A stretch of DNA of 64,000 bases from an uncultured Actinomycetota bacterium (GCA_963767345.1 CAVYDO010000004.1:30939-94938), one strand, 5' to 3'; positions 45,377-56,657 are shown, counted from the first letter of the stretch. The notes: a model not told the origin generated them from the sequence alone. A program made the numbers and translations.

Positions 45377-47067
45377 TCGTCCCATCCCGCGAGGTGGAGC
45401 AACCGGTGGCTGCAGCGTAGGCCGGCGTCACCCGTGCCCCGGAGCCCGACACCGGCCACATCGTCGGGCTCGAGCAGGCCCTCCTGCTCCAGCTGGGCGA
45501 GGAGTCCGTCCCGTTCCCGGCGATGACCGGCGCCGGTCACGTCGCTGTGCACAAGAGCCAGGCACTCCCCCGTCGCCCACTCGAGTACGACGGTCGAGCC
45601 GGTCGGGACCACCCGGATCCGGCCGGATCCACCTGCGGCGTCCTCCGTGTCGTTCCAGGAGATCTTCATGATCAGCTCCCGCTGGACCGGCGCGGCTCCG
45701 TCCCGCTTGGGCCCGATCACCTTCGTGCTGTCGACGCGGGGAAGCACCGTGAACGAGAGGCCGTCGGGGATTCCCAGCGTCGCTCGGCGCTGGGTGACGT
45801 ACTGGTAGGCCGCCCAGTCGCTGTCGTGCAGCTGCGGCACCTGACCCGCCGCGACCCCGAGCTCCCGCGGTCGCGCGCTGTCGAGTTCGCTCGCTCCGCC
45901 CACGACGAGCCGCTTGACGAACTGTGCGGCGAAGTGCGCCCGCTGCTCGAGGAGGGCCGTGCTCGCGTCGGCGTCGGGACGCGTCGCGCGATCGGCCGCC
46001 AGGGTCGCCCTGCCGACGTCGGCGAAGCTGAGCTCTCCGGGCGGCAGGTAGTCGATCCCGCGCAGCAGGAGCCTGCGGAAGATGATCTGCGCCGTGCCGA
46101 GTGCCCTGTTGGCGGCCGCTGCCGGCGAGAGCGCGACACCGCGGTCGTCGGGCATCTGCTCCGCTTCGAACCTGGTCGCGAAGATGAAGCTCAGGGTGTC
46201 GTAGAAGATCGCGGACAGCAGCGTGCTGAGGATGTGGGGCCGCGCGCCGGCCAGCGTCGTCAGGGTCTCGTCGTTCCTCAGGTCCCGCAGCGCACGGCGG
46301 GCCAGGCCATCGGCCCCGGGACGCGCCATGCCGAACTCCTCGGCGATGGCGTTGAACGCGTTCGCACCGGCCAGCGAGTTTTCGCTGCGGGCCAGCACCT
46401 CCTCGCGAAGGCGCCTGCTGTCGAGCGCCATGATCACCGCGATCAGGTCGGCGACGGCCTCATGGATCGCGATCGACTGTGGTGTCGAGCTGTCGTAGAG
46501 CGACGGGACCACGGCGTCGAGCAGGGCGTGTCCGCACTCGTGCGCGACGATGTCGCGACTCAGCGCGGTGTGGACCCGGACGCCCGACCTCCCAGCGAAC
46601 GAGAAGAACTGCAGGCTCCGGGTCCCCCTGTCGTAGAAGGCGTTGGCCCACTCCCCGGCTCGGGGCACGACGAGAAGCTGCTCGCTCCCGAACGCCCACT
46701 CGACCCTTCTCCCCAACGCGTCGGGACCCTCGAACATGCGCACCGTCAACAGCACCGTCCCGAACGCGTTGACAGCGATATTCGCCGCGGAGGTCGCGTC
46801 GCCGTCGGCTTCATACCTCCCGGAGCGGGGGTTGGACCTGAACGGCGTGAACCTGGCCGGCGGTGGGGCCGGAGCGCCGGTTGCGGGGTCGAAGTCGACG
46901 ATCGCGAACCGTCGGCACGCCGGCCCGTCGAGGAAGCGGTCGTTGTTGTCGCCGGACAGCTCGAGCTCCTTGGTCTCTCGGGCGGCGTCGCCCGGGGTGC
47001 CCATCTCGGCGAGGGACACCGAGCAGTCCTGGATGAGGAGCTCCACCTCGGCGACGACGTCAGCCAA
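45373..47067 (-). CDS. Cytoplasmic gluzincin zinc metalloprotease (M4/M36-like)
   Basis: NAFYD, AHECGH (HExxH), HEAVAD (ExxxD); TTG at 47067 with GGAGGT RBS; no signal peptide. Confidence 0.78.
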   Translation of the reverse strand: MADVVAEVELLIQDCSVSLAEMGTPGDAARETKELELSGDNNDRFLDGPACRRFAIVDFDPATGAPAPPPARFTPFRSNPRSGRYEADGDATSAANIAVNAFGTVLLTVRMFEGPDALGRRVEWAFGSEQLLVVPRAGEWANAFYDRGTRSLQFFSFAGRSGVRVHTALSRDIVAHECGHALLDAVVPSLYDSSTPQSIAIHEAVADLIAVIMALDSRRLREEVLARSENSLAGANAFNAIAEEFGMARPGADGLARRALRDLRNDETLTTLAGARPHILSTLLSAIFYDTLSFIFATRFEAEQMPDDRGVALSPAAAANRALGTAQIIFRRLLLRGIDYLPPGELSFADVGRATLAADRATRPDADASTALLEQRAHFAAQFVKRLVVGGASELDSARPRELGVAAGQVPQLHDSDWAAYQYVTQRRATLGIPDGLSFTVLPRVDSTKVIGPKRDGAAPVQRELIMKISWNDTEDAAGGSGRIRVVPTGSTVVLEWATGECLALVHSDVTGAGHRRERDGLLAQLEQEGLLEPDDVAGVGLRGTGDAGLRCSHRLLHLAGWDE

Positions 47068-47866
47068 GGCGCCCACCTCCGCGGAGCAGAGCGCCGAGCA
47101 GGGCATCAGTCGCCAGCCAGGCGCCCGCGGCGCCCACGAGGATCACCGGCACTGGGTCGCGCCACGCCCTGGGGTGCCAGGCCTCCCACCAGGCCGCCAG
47201 CGACGCGCAGACCATCAGGACCGGGCTGTGCCCGACGGTCATCGCCATCATCATCGGTCCGCAGAGCAGTGCGCAGCGACGCCAGGTCAGTACGCCGGCC
47301 ATCGTCGCGGTCACCACCCCACGGCGACCTCCCGGCGCCAGCGCCGGCAGCCTCTGGCACTTCTCCAGCAACCGGCTGCGCCGCGCCGAGCGCAGCGCGA
47401 CGAGGGCGAGGCAGACGCATGAGAGCTGCCACCAGACGCTGCCCGGCGGGAACGAGAGCGTCCGGGCGAGCATGGCCCCGGCCAGGCCGAAGGCCAACCA
47501 CAGGACGGTCACCGTGGCAAGGCAGACGCCTCCCAGCCGGGTGCGCCAGCCGCGGAAGCTGGATCGGCCGATCGCTCCGACCGTGGGGACGGCCAGCGGC
47601 CACATCATGGCGACCACCATCAGCAGCCAGGTCGCGACCCAGGTCGGGCTCCAGGGGTCGACCGGCCCGGCATCCGGCAAGGTCACGGAGAGAGGGTGGT
47701 GAGCCGCGGCCGACTCGGTTTCGCCGTGGCCGTGGGCACCGACCGGCCACGGAAGAACCAGCGCCACCCACGCCGCCGCCGTACCGGCCAGCACGACCCG
47801 TGCGGTCGTGGAGCCGAGCGCCTCCGTCAGGCGCACCGACGATCGCGGTGCCTGCAGCAGGGTCAT
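47060..47866 (-). CDS. DUF2182 putative metal-binding membrane protein
   Basis: WLLMVVAMMWP, KCQ, CALLCGPMMM; His-rich loop AHGHG...HH; ATGA overlap with tyrosinase. Confidence 0.72.
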   Translation of the reverse strand: MTLLQAPRSSVRLTEALGSTTARVVLAGTAAAWVALVLPWPVGAHGHGETESAAAHHPLSVTLPDAGPVDPWSPTWVATWLLMVVAMMWPLAVPTVGAIGRSSFRGWRTRLGGVCLATVTVLWLAFGLAGAMLARTLSFPPGSVWWQLSCVCLALVALRSARRSRLLEKCQRLPALAPGGRRGVVTATMAGVLTWRRCALLCGPMMMAMTVGHSPVLMVCASLAAWWEAWHPRAWRDPVPVILVGAAGAWLATDALLGALLRGGGRLG

Positions 47867-49233
47867 CGCTGCTGCTCGTAAACCGTCACCTGCTCGACGT
47901 GAATCCCCCGATCCGGGTCGTCGGAGTCGGGCCGCCCGGCTTCGGGGACGAGGTTCACCGACAGCTGCCCGCCGGTCCATCCCTCCGCCAGCAGGTCGGG
48001 CAGGATGCCGGAGGCGTCCACCAGGTAGCTGCGCTCCTCCTCGGGTGGGGTCCCGAGCAGACCGAAGGTCGCGAACCTCCCGGCTCGGTGGGGCTCCTGG
48101 TCGGGCGCGGAGCGCACCTCGACGACGTACGCCGCATGCGGCTCGACCGCGCGCACCCCGGCGAACTCCAGGACCAGGCGAGTCGGTGGCGGGTCGTCCA
48201 GCCCGCGGGGTGCGGTGTGGAAGACGACATCGCGCTCCTCACCGGAGTCCAGGTTGAAGCTGGCAGCCACCGGCTCCCATCGGGGCTCGGCCTCGTCCAA
48301 GGGGATCCCGCCTCCCTGCATCGCCTCGCGAGCGGCGGCGATGGCCGTCGCGGCCGCGTCCGGCAGCTCGATCGACTCGTACTCGTAGTCCATCTTCGCG
48401 CTGGACAGGTCCTCGACGTCGTCCATCGTGTACGTCGAGGGCGACTGCTCGGAGCCGAACCAGAAGATCGCCGACCGCCACTGCGTGGCGAGGAAGGCCG
48501 ACGCCCCACCGGGGTCCGTCAGGCGAACCGAGCCCGGGAGCGAGAGCCACACCTCCCACAGCCGGTCGATGTTGGCGTGGTGCAGCCAGAAGATCGGGTC
48601 CTGGCCGGCCGTGGCCGGGCTCTGCATGAGTCCGCCGATGTCCACGTGCACCCAGTTGTGCGGCGCACTCTCCACGTCACCGAATCGGCGGTCGCGGTCG
48701 GTGCCGCCGAAGCCGACGTCCGGCACGCCGCCGACGAAGCGGGGCTCGGTGAGCGCAGGCACGACGTCGATGTCCTCGGCCGGGATGGGACCGTCGTTGC
48801 GGGTCGAGTCGAAGAGCGGGTTCGGCACGACCTGGCCGCCGACGGTCCTCGTGGGCACCCGGAACTCCGCGGGAAGGAATGCCGCGTCGGGGTTGTCCGG
48901 GTTGGAGTAGTCCCAGTAGGGCAGCCCCCAGCCGTCCTCGCCGGTGAGCCTCCGGACGGTCCCCTCGAACCAGGCGAGGTAGCCGCGGTGCCAGGCCAGG
49001 AAGAAGAGCGAGGCGTGCGCGCACTGCCCCCAGGCAGGGCGCGGCGGCGTACCCGAGGGGAATCCGTGGGTGTTGGCCGCCCACTGCCACGACTCGGGGT
49101 CCTCGGTGGGCAGGGCGCGCATCAGCGCGACGCCCCGGGCGTAGGTGTCGAGGACCGGGTCCCACTCCTGGGTCCGTGCGTCGGCCTCGTTGCCGAGCGT
49201 CAGTGTGGCGATGTCGTGCCGCGTCCGAACCAT
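47863..49233 (-). CDS. Tyrosinase/polyphenol oxidase with a C-terminal extra domain
   Basis: CuA: NTHG...QCAH...FLAWHR; CuB: PHNWVH...DPIFWLHHANIDRLW; YEY motif; no signal peptide. Confidence 0.92.
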   Translation of the reverse strand: MVRTRHDIATLTLGNEADARTQEWDPVLDTYARGVALMRALPTEDPESWQWAANTHGFPSGTPPRPAWGQCAHASLFFLAWHRGYLAWFEGTVRRLTGEDGWGLPYWDYSNPDNPDAAFLPAEFRVPTRTVGGQVVPNPLFDSTRNDGPIPAEDIDVVPALTEPRFVGGVPDVGFGGTDRDRRFGDVESAPHNWVHVDIGGLMQSPATAGQDPIFWLHHANIDRLWEVWLSLPGSVRLTDPGGASAFLATQWRSAIFWFGSEQSPSTYTMDDVEDLSSAKMDYEYESIELPDAAATAIAAAREAMQGGGIPLDEAEPRWEPVAASFNLDSGEERDVVFHTAPRGLDDPPPTRLVLEFAGVRAVEPHAAYVVEVRSAPDQEPHRAGRFATFGLLGTPPEEERSYLVDASGILPDLLAEGWTGGQLSVNLVPEAGRPDSDDPDRGIHVEQVTVYEQQR

Positions 49234-49411
49234 GGCCTTCTCCCCGCGTCTGTACGTCGAGTACGTCGGGTCCACGATCCTCGGACCGCGCGGCGATGCA
49301 CATGGCCCGAACGGGTCAGTTCGGCGAGTGCCGATCCCGACAACGAGCCGCCGCTCGGGTCAGCGCGGCGCTCGGCCTTGCCCGGTCGGCCTGGTCTGCC
49401 GTGCAAACTAG

Positions 49412-49456
49412 TTGACAGCACTCTCCTGAGGGACTAAGTTGGCAGCACAAACTAGT
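49412..49456 (+). promoter_or_regulatory. Principal-sigma promoter with an overlapping imperfect palindrome
   Basis: TTGACA (49412-49417)-N17-TAAGTT (49435-49440); ACTAAGTTG-N6-CAAACTAGT at 49433-49456. Confidence 0.65.
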
Positions 49457-49469
49457 CTGGGAGATCGAG

Positions 49470-50072
49470 ATGGAGCGGACGAAGCTCGAGTCGGCGGCGG
49501 CGAACTACACCTACCTGCGGGGACTCTTCCTCATCCCGTTGGGCGTGCTCCCGATCGTCAGCGCGTTGGGGAACACGGGTTGGGGCCCGCTGCGGAGCAC
49601 CTGGGTGTTCCTGGCGGTCGTGGGGCTGGTCGGGATCGCCTGCCTCCCGATCAACAGCTTCTACAACAAGCACTACGGCAGGCTTCGCCCCTCGGCGCGA
49701 CAACAGGCACGTGCCTCCGTCGCGGTCGTCCTCGCCATCGTGGTGGTCGTGGTGGGTTCGACGCTGCTGCGAAGCCGCGCGGACTGGTCCTTGAACCTCC
49801 CGGTCAACGCGACCGCGGTGACGTTGTCCCTGGTCGTCCTCCTCTCCTACGCTGCCGGCCGCGTCCTCAACACCCACCACCTGATCATCTGGGGGACCGT
49901 CCTGTTGGCGGGGGCGATCCCACTGTGGGACGGGGCGGACCCGAGCAATATCGGCCTGGCGATCGTGGGAGTGGCGATGATGGTGAACGGCCTCTTCGAC
50001 CACCTGCTCTTCGTCCGCACCTTCGGTACTCCCGCGGGCCTCGACGGCCAGGGCGGCCATGCCCGAGCCTAA
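49470..50072 (+). CDS. Hypothetical multi-pass membrane protein
   Basis: 200 aa, about 6 hydrophobic segments; overlaps the downstream regulator gene. Confidence 0.7.
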   Translation: MERTKLESAAANYTYLRGLFLIPLGVLPIVSALGNTGWGPLRSTWVFLAVVGLVGIACLPINSFYNKHYGRLRPSARQQARASVAVVLAIVVVVVGSTLLRSRADWSLNLPVNATAVTLSLVVLLSYAAGRVLNTHHLIIWGTVLLAGAIPLWDGADPSNIGLAIVGVAMMVNGLFDHLLFVRTFGTPAGLDGQGGHARA

Positions 50073-50373
50073 GCCCGAGCCGGTGCTCGACCGACTGGTT
50101 CACGAGCCCGGCCGGCTGGCGATCCTGACGGTTCTCTCCTCGGTGACCGATGCCGACTTCGTCTTCCTGCAGCGCGCGACGGGGCTGACCAAGGGCAACC
50201 TCTCCAGCCACCTCACCAAGCTCGAGGACGCGGGACTCGTCGCGATCGAGAAGCGGTTCGTGCGGAGGAAGCCGAACACCAATATCGCCCTGACCGGGTC
50301 CGGCAGGACGCGAGTCACCCAGCACTGGGAACAGCTCGACCAGCTCAGGCGCCTCTCGGAGCCGCCGCCATGA
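50059..50373 (+). CDS. Winged-helix transcriptional regulator (ArsR/MarR-like)
   Basis: LDRLVHEPGRLAILTVL...GNLSSHLTKLEDAGLV. Confidence 0.88.
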   Translation: MPEPKPEPVLDRLVHEPGRLAILTVLSSVTDADFVFLQRATGLTKGNLSSHLTKLEDAGLVAIEKRFVRRKPNTNIALTGSGRTRVTQHWEQLDQLRRLSEPPP

Positions 50374-50419
50374 TCGGCCGCAAGACCCGCCAGTGCTTGC
50401 TCGGGCCCGGCGTGCCTAC

Positions 50420-53302
<2,883 letters not shown>

Positions 53303-53394
53303 GTTCGGTGGACTCCCGGGGTGGTGTGGAGCGAAGGGGGCAGGTGACCCGCCGACCATGCTAACGGTCAGTCGGTGGGCATCGTTCCGACCGG

Positions 53395-54630
53395 CTAGCG
53401 AAGCTCGGCGCCGAGCGCGGCCGAGAGATCGCCGCGGTCTGACCTGACGACGTCGTCGAGGCCCAGCCAGCCGGCCAGCCGCCGCAGCTCGCCGGCTAGC
53501 CGGTCCGCCGTCTCGGGCGGCGCGGCGGGTTCGCCGTACGCCGCCTTGACCAACAGCCGGCCGCCCGGCCGGTCGGCCTTGAGGTCGACCCTGGCCGCGA
53601 TGCGGTCGCCGAGGAGGAAGGGCAGGACGTAGTAGCCGTACCGCCGCTTGTGCGCGGGGGTGTAGATCTCGATGCGGTAGTGGAAGTCGAAGAGCCGCTC
53701 GGCGCGCTCCCGCTCCCAGACCAGCGGGTCGAACGGGCTCAGCAGGGTCGCCGCGTCCACCCGACGCGGCCGGACGGCCTCGTGCCAGAGGTACGCCGGC
53801 CGCCGCCAGCCCTCGACCCGCACCCGCTGCAGCTCGCCCGACTCGACGAGGTCGTCGATGGCTCCCTTCGCGCCGCGGGTGCCGAGGCCGGGCTGGTAGC
53901 GCATCCGGTAGTAGTCGGCCAGGCAGCGCCCGGTCGCGACGCCGTGCGACCGGGCGGCGCGACGGACGAGCTCACGTTCGGCGTCGTCGATCGAAGGGGT
54001 CGGCGCGGCGAGCACCTCGGCCGGCAGCACGCGCTCGGGCACGTCGTACCGGACCTCGAACTGGCTGTTTCGCCCGGCGATCGCGACGTCCCCCACCAGG
54101 AACAGGTAGTCGAGGACCTGCTTGGCCTCCGACCAGTTCCACCCCCAGTGCATCCTGTCGCGCGGCACCGAGGTGAACTCGGCCTCCAGGTCGCGGGCGG
54201 TGACGGGGCCTCGTTCGCGGACCGCGGACAGCACCCCCGGCTCGAGGTCCTCGCTGGCCGTCCAGCCCCACTTGCCGCGCTTGGCGCGGTAGGAGTCCAT
54301 GCGATGGCGCATGACCGGCCACAGCTCGACCGGCATGAGCGCCTGCACGTGCGCCCAGTACTCGACGAGGCGCCGGGGGCGGGGTCCGTTGCTCGACGCT
54401 CGGGCGAGGAGCGCTGTGTCGTAGGGACCCATCCGCGAGTAGAGGGGCATCAGGTGGGCTCGTGCGAGCACGTTGACCGAGTCGACCTGGAGCACCCCGG
54501 TGCGGGCCAGAGTGCGGTCGAAGGTGCGCAGCGTCGGCACAGCGTGACGGCGATCGGTGAAGCCCTGAGCCGCCAGCGCGACCCGGCGCGCCTGGGCCTG
54601 CGAGAGGTCGTACGACGGTGCCCGGCTCAC
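53395..54630 (-). CDS. YcaQ/AlkZ-family DNA crosslink-repair glycosylase (winged helix)
   Basis: [43 protein letters not shown]; GTG at 54630 inferred from promoter position. Confidence 0.88.
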   Translation of the reverse strand: MSRAPSYDLSQAQARRVALAAQGFTDRRHAVPTLRTFDRTLARTGVLQVDSVNVLARAHLMPLYSRMGPYDTALLARASSNGPRPRRLVEYWAHVQALMPVELWPVMRHRMDSYRAKRGKWGWTASEDLEPGVLSAVRERGPVTARDLEAEFTSVPRDRMHWGWNWSEAKQVLDYLFLVGDVAIAGRNSQFEVRYDVPERVLPAEVLAAPTPSIDDAERELVRRAARSHGVATGRCLADYYRMRYQPGLGTRGAKGAIDDLVESGELQRVRVEGWRRPAYLWHEAVRPRRVDAATLLSPFDPLVWERERAERLFDFHYRIEIYTPAHKRRYGYYVLPFLLGDRIAARVDLKADRPGGRLLVKAAYGEPAAPPETADRLAGELRRLAGWLGLDDVVRSDRGDLSAALGAELR

Positions 54631-54638
54631 GATGTCGG

Positions 54639-54660
54639 ACATTACGCGGGCCCGCCGACA
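54639..54660 (-). promoter_or_regulatory. PafBC-type (RecA-NDp) DNA-damage promoter
   Basis: TGTCGG-N10-TAATGT, 8 nt upstream of the GTG of the ycaQ-like gene. Confidence 0.72.
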
Positions 54661-54735
54661 GTCGGGGCGGCGAACGTCGTCCGGCTCGCGGGGCGTGCGT
54701 GGGCGCCGACCCGGCGCAGATTGTCCGGGCATGGG

Positions 54736-54802
54736 CGCCGACCCGTCTGTGTTTGCTGCTCCTCCGCTTCGCTCCCCCGGCGCAAACGCAGACGGGTCGG
54801 CG
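54736..54802. repeat. Hairpin with 21-bp arms, sharing its core with the 6245-6317 element
   Basis: CGCCGACCCGTCTGTGTTTGC / GCAAACGCAGACGGGTCGGCG (20/21); loop contains CTCCTCCGCTTCGCTCCCCCGG. Confidence 0.85.
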
Positions 54803-54808
54803 TTGTGC

Positions 54809-55513
54809 CTACGGCACCTCGAAGAGCTTCTCGCGGACGGCGTACATGACCGCCTCCATGCGCGAGTGGAGCTGGAGCTTCTCCAGGATGTTGCGGACAT
54901 GGTTCTTGACGGTGTTGTCGCTGATGAACAGGCGCGCGGCGATGTCCTTGTTGGTGAGCCCGCGCGCGACGAGCTTGAGGACCTCCATCTCCCGGTCGGT
55001 CAGGCGCAGCCTCGGCAGCTGCTCCTCGGGCTCCTCGGCAAGCTGCTTGAACTCGGCGATCAGCTTGGCGGCCATCGACGGCGAGATGAGCGACTGGCCG
55101 TCGGCCACCACGCGGACCGCGTGCACCACGTCGTCGGTGGACGCGTCCTTGAGGAGGTAGCCGGAGGCGCCGTTCTTGACCGCCTCGACCAGGTCACCCT
55201 CCTCGTCGGATGCGGTGAGCATGATGATCTTGGCCGAGGGCACGGCCTGCTTGATGGCGCGGCAGGCGACGATCCCGGTCTGCTTGGGCATCCGTACGTC
55301 GAGGAGGACGACATCCGGCACGGTCTGCTCGGCCAGGGCGGCGCCCTGCTGGCCGTCGTCGGCCTCGCCGACCACGCGGATGCCGGGCTCGGTGTCGAGC
55401 AGCATGGTGAGTCCACGGCGGAAGAGCTCATGATCGTCGACGACGACGACCCGGACCTCGTCCGTGGGACCGCCGTCGGCTCGGGGGGACGTCACGCTCA
55501 CAGCTGGCATCAT
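54809..55513 (-). CDS. NarL/LuxR-family response regulator (orphan)
   Basis: VVDDHELFRRG, LLDVRMP, GYLLK, LTDREMEVL...TVKNHVRNILEKL; start uncertain. Confidence 0.93.
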   Translation of the reverse strand: MMPAVSVTSPRADGGPTDEVRVVVVDDHELFRRGLTMLLDTEPGIRVVGEADDGQQGAALAEQTVPDVVLLDVRMPKQTGIVACRAIKQAVPSAKIIMLTASDEEGDLVEAVKNGASGYLLKDASTDDVVHAVRVVADGQSLISPSMAAKLIAEFKQLAEEPEEQLPRLRLTDREMEVLKLVARGLTNKDIAARLFISDNTVKNHVRNILEKLQLHSRMEAVMYAVREKLFEVP

Positions 55514-55571
55514 CGCAGAGTCCAGCGGCCGCACGCCGTTATCGGCGTGCCGCACCATGAGTCCGCGCGCG

Positions 55572-56213
55572 CTACGAGGCGTCGGAGCAGTCCATGTCGA
55601 GGCTGATGACGCCGTAGTCGTAGCCGCGGCGCCGGTAGACCACCGACGGCCGCTCGCTCTCCTTGTCGACGAACAGGTAGAAGTCGTGGCCGACCAGCTC
55701 CATCTCGTAGAGCGCCTGGTCGAGCGTCATCCTGGCGGCCGGGTGCGTCTTCTCGCGCACCACCAGCGGCCCCTCACCGGTCACCGTGATCGGACCGATC
55801 TGGCGCTCGACGGCCACGTCGACCTCCTCGACGAGGTCGCCGCCGGAGTCTTGCGCGGCGGCGAGCGCGGCCAGCTCCTTGGCCGCTGCGGCCTTCTGTC
55901 CGCGAGCGCGGTGCCGGTGGCGGCGATCGGCCGCCCGGCGCATCTGCGATGCCATCTTGTCGAGGGCGAGGTCGAGGGCACCCATCTTGTCCTCGGCGGC
56001 GGCCTCGGCGCGGATGACCGGACCCTTGGAGAAGGCGGTCAGCTCGACCTTCACCGCGCGATCGTGCTGCCGGGGGTTGCGCTCACTGGCGACCTCCACC
56101 TGTACCCGCATGATCCGATGGTCGTGCTTCTCGAGTCTGGCGAGCTTGTCCGAGACGTGACTGCGGAAGCGCTCCGTGATCTCGCAGTGCCTGCCGGTGA
56201 CGACAACGTCCAT
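55572..56213 (-). CDS. hpf: Long ribosome hibernation promoting factor (HPF/RaiA)
   Basis: MDVVVTGRH, VIRAEA, MTLDQALYEMELVGHDFYLF, VVYRRRGYDYG. Confidence 0.95.
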   Translation of the reverse strand: MDVVVTGRHCEITERFRSHVSDKLARLEKHDHRIMRVQVEVASERNPRQHDRAVKVELTAFSKGPVIRAEAAAEDKMGALDLALDKMASQMRRAADRRHRHRARGQKAAAAKELAALAAAQDSGGDLVEEVDVAVERQIGPITVTGEGPLVVREKTHPAARMTLDQALYEMELVGHDFYLFVDKESERPSVVYRRRGYDYGVISLDMDCSDAS

Positions 56214-56319
56214 TCCTAACCTCCAGGATCCTTGGGACTTGCGGATTCACAGGGCGTAGCGCCGCGGGTCGGCTCCTTCCAGGTGTGCGGGTACGCCGGT
56301 CGAGTACGGCCGAGATACA

Positions 56320-56646
56320 GGAGTCCGCCCGGCCGACCTGGTCTTCGACCCCACAATCGCCTGCTGAGGTGCTCGCAGCTTCTCTGCCATCCCTGGCGCC
56401 ACTAATGACCTTCTCCCACGGGCTCCCGCATCTGGCGGGACCCGTGAGGCAGGACTTACGTCTAAGCCGCACCGTGATCCCCTCACACCGGCCCGGATCC
56501 CCGTCGACCACCGAAAGGCGTGCGCGGGGGCGGCTCCCGTGCGTGGGTTACGTGGGCCGCTTCGCCTGCGACTGGCATCGGCTAGCCGCCCGGTGGTTTG
56601 CTCGTGCGCACCCCGGACGGGGCAACCACGGACCCGGGCGGACTCC
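56320..56646 (-). ncRNA. raiA-motif structured noncoding RNA
   Basis: Perfect 13-bp terminal stem GGAGTCCGCCCGG/CCGGGCGGACTCC; blocks GATGCCAGTCGCAGGCGAAGCGGCCCACGTAA, GGTGCGGCTTAGACGTAAGTCCTGCC and CAGCAGGCGATTGTGGGGTCGAAGACCAGGTC match the raiA consensus as I recall it; canonical position between comF and hpf. Confidence 0.88.
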
Positions 56647-56657
56647 ATGACGTGACG

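Noticed and set aside
45523-49437. 1304-aa plus-strand ORF
   Set aside because: Antisense to the protease, DUF2182 and tyrosinase genes; low-complexity translation.
44119-50419. Prophage or integrative element
   Set aside because: No integrase, transposase, phage gene, tRNA or att-like direct repeat was seen.
56083-56650. Small ORFs between hpf and comF
   Set aside because: They lack protein features and overlap the raiA RNA, which explains the sequence.
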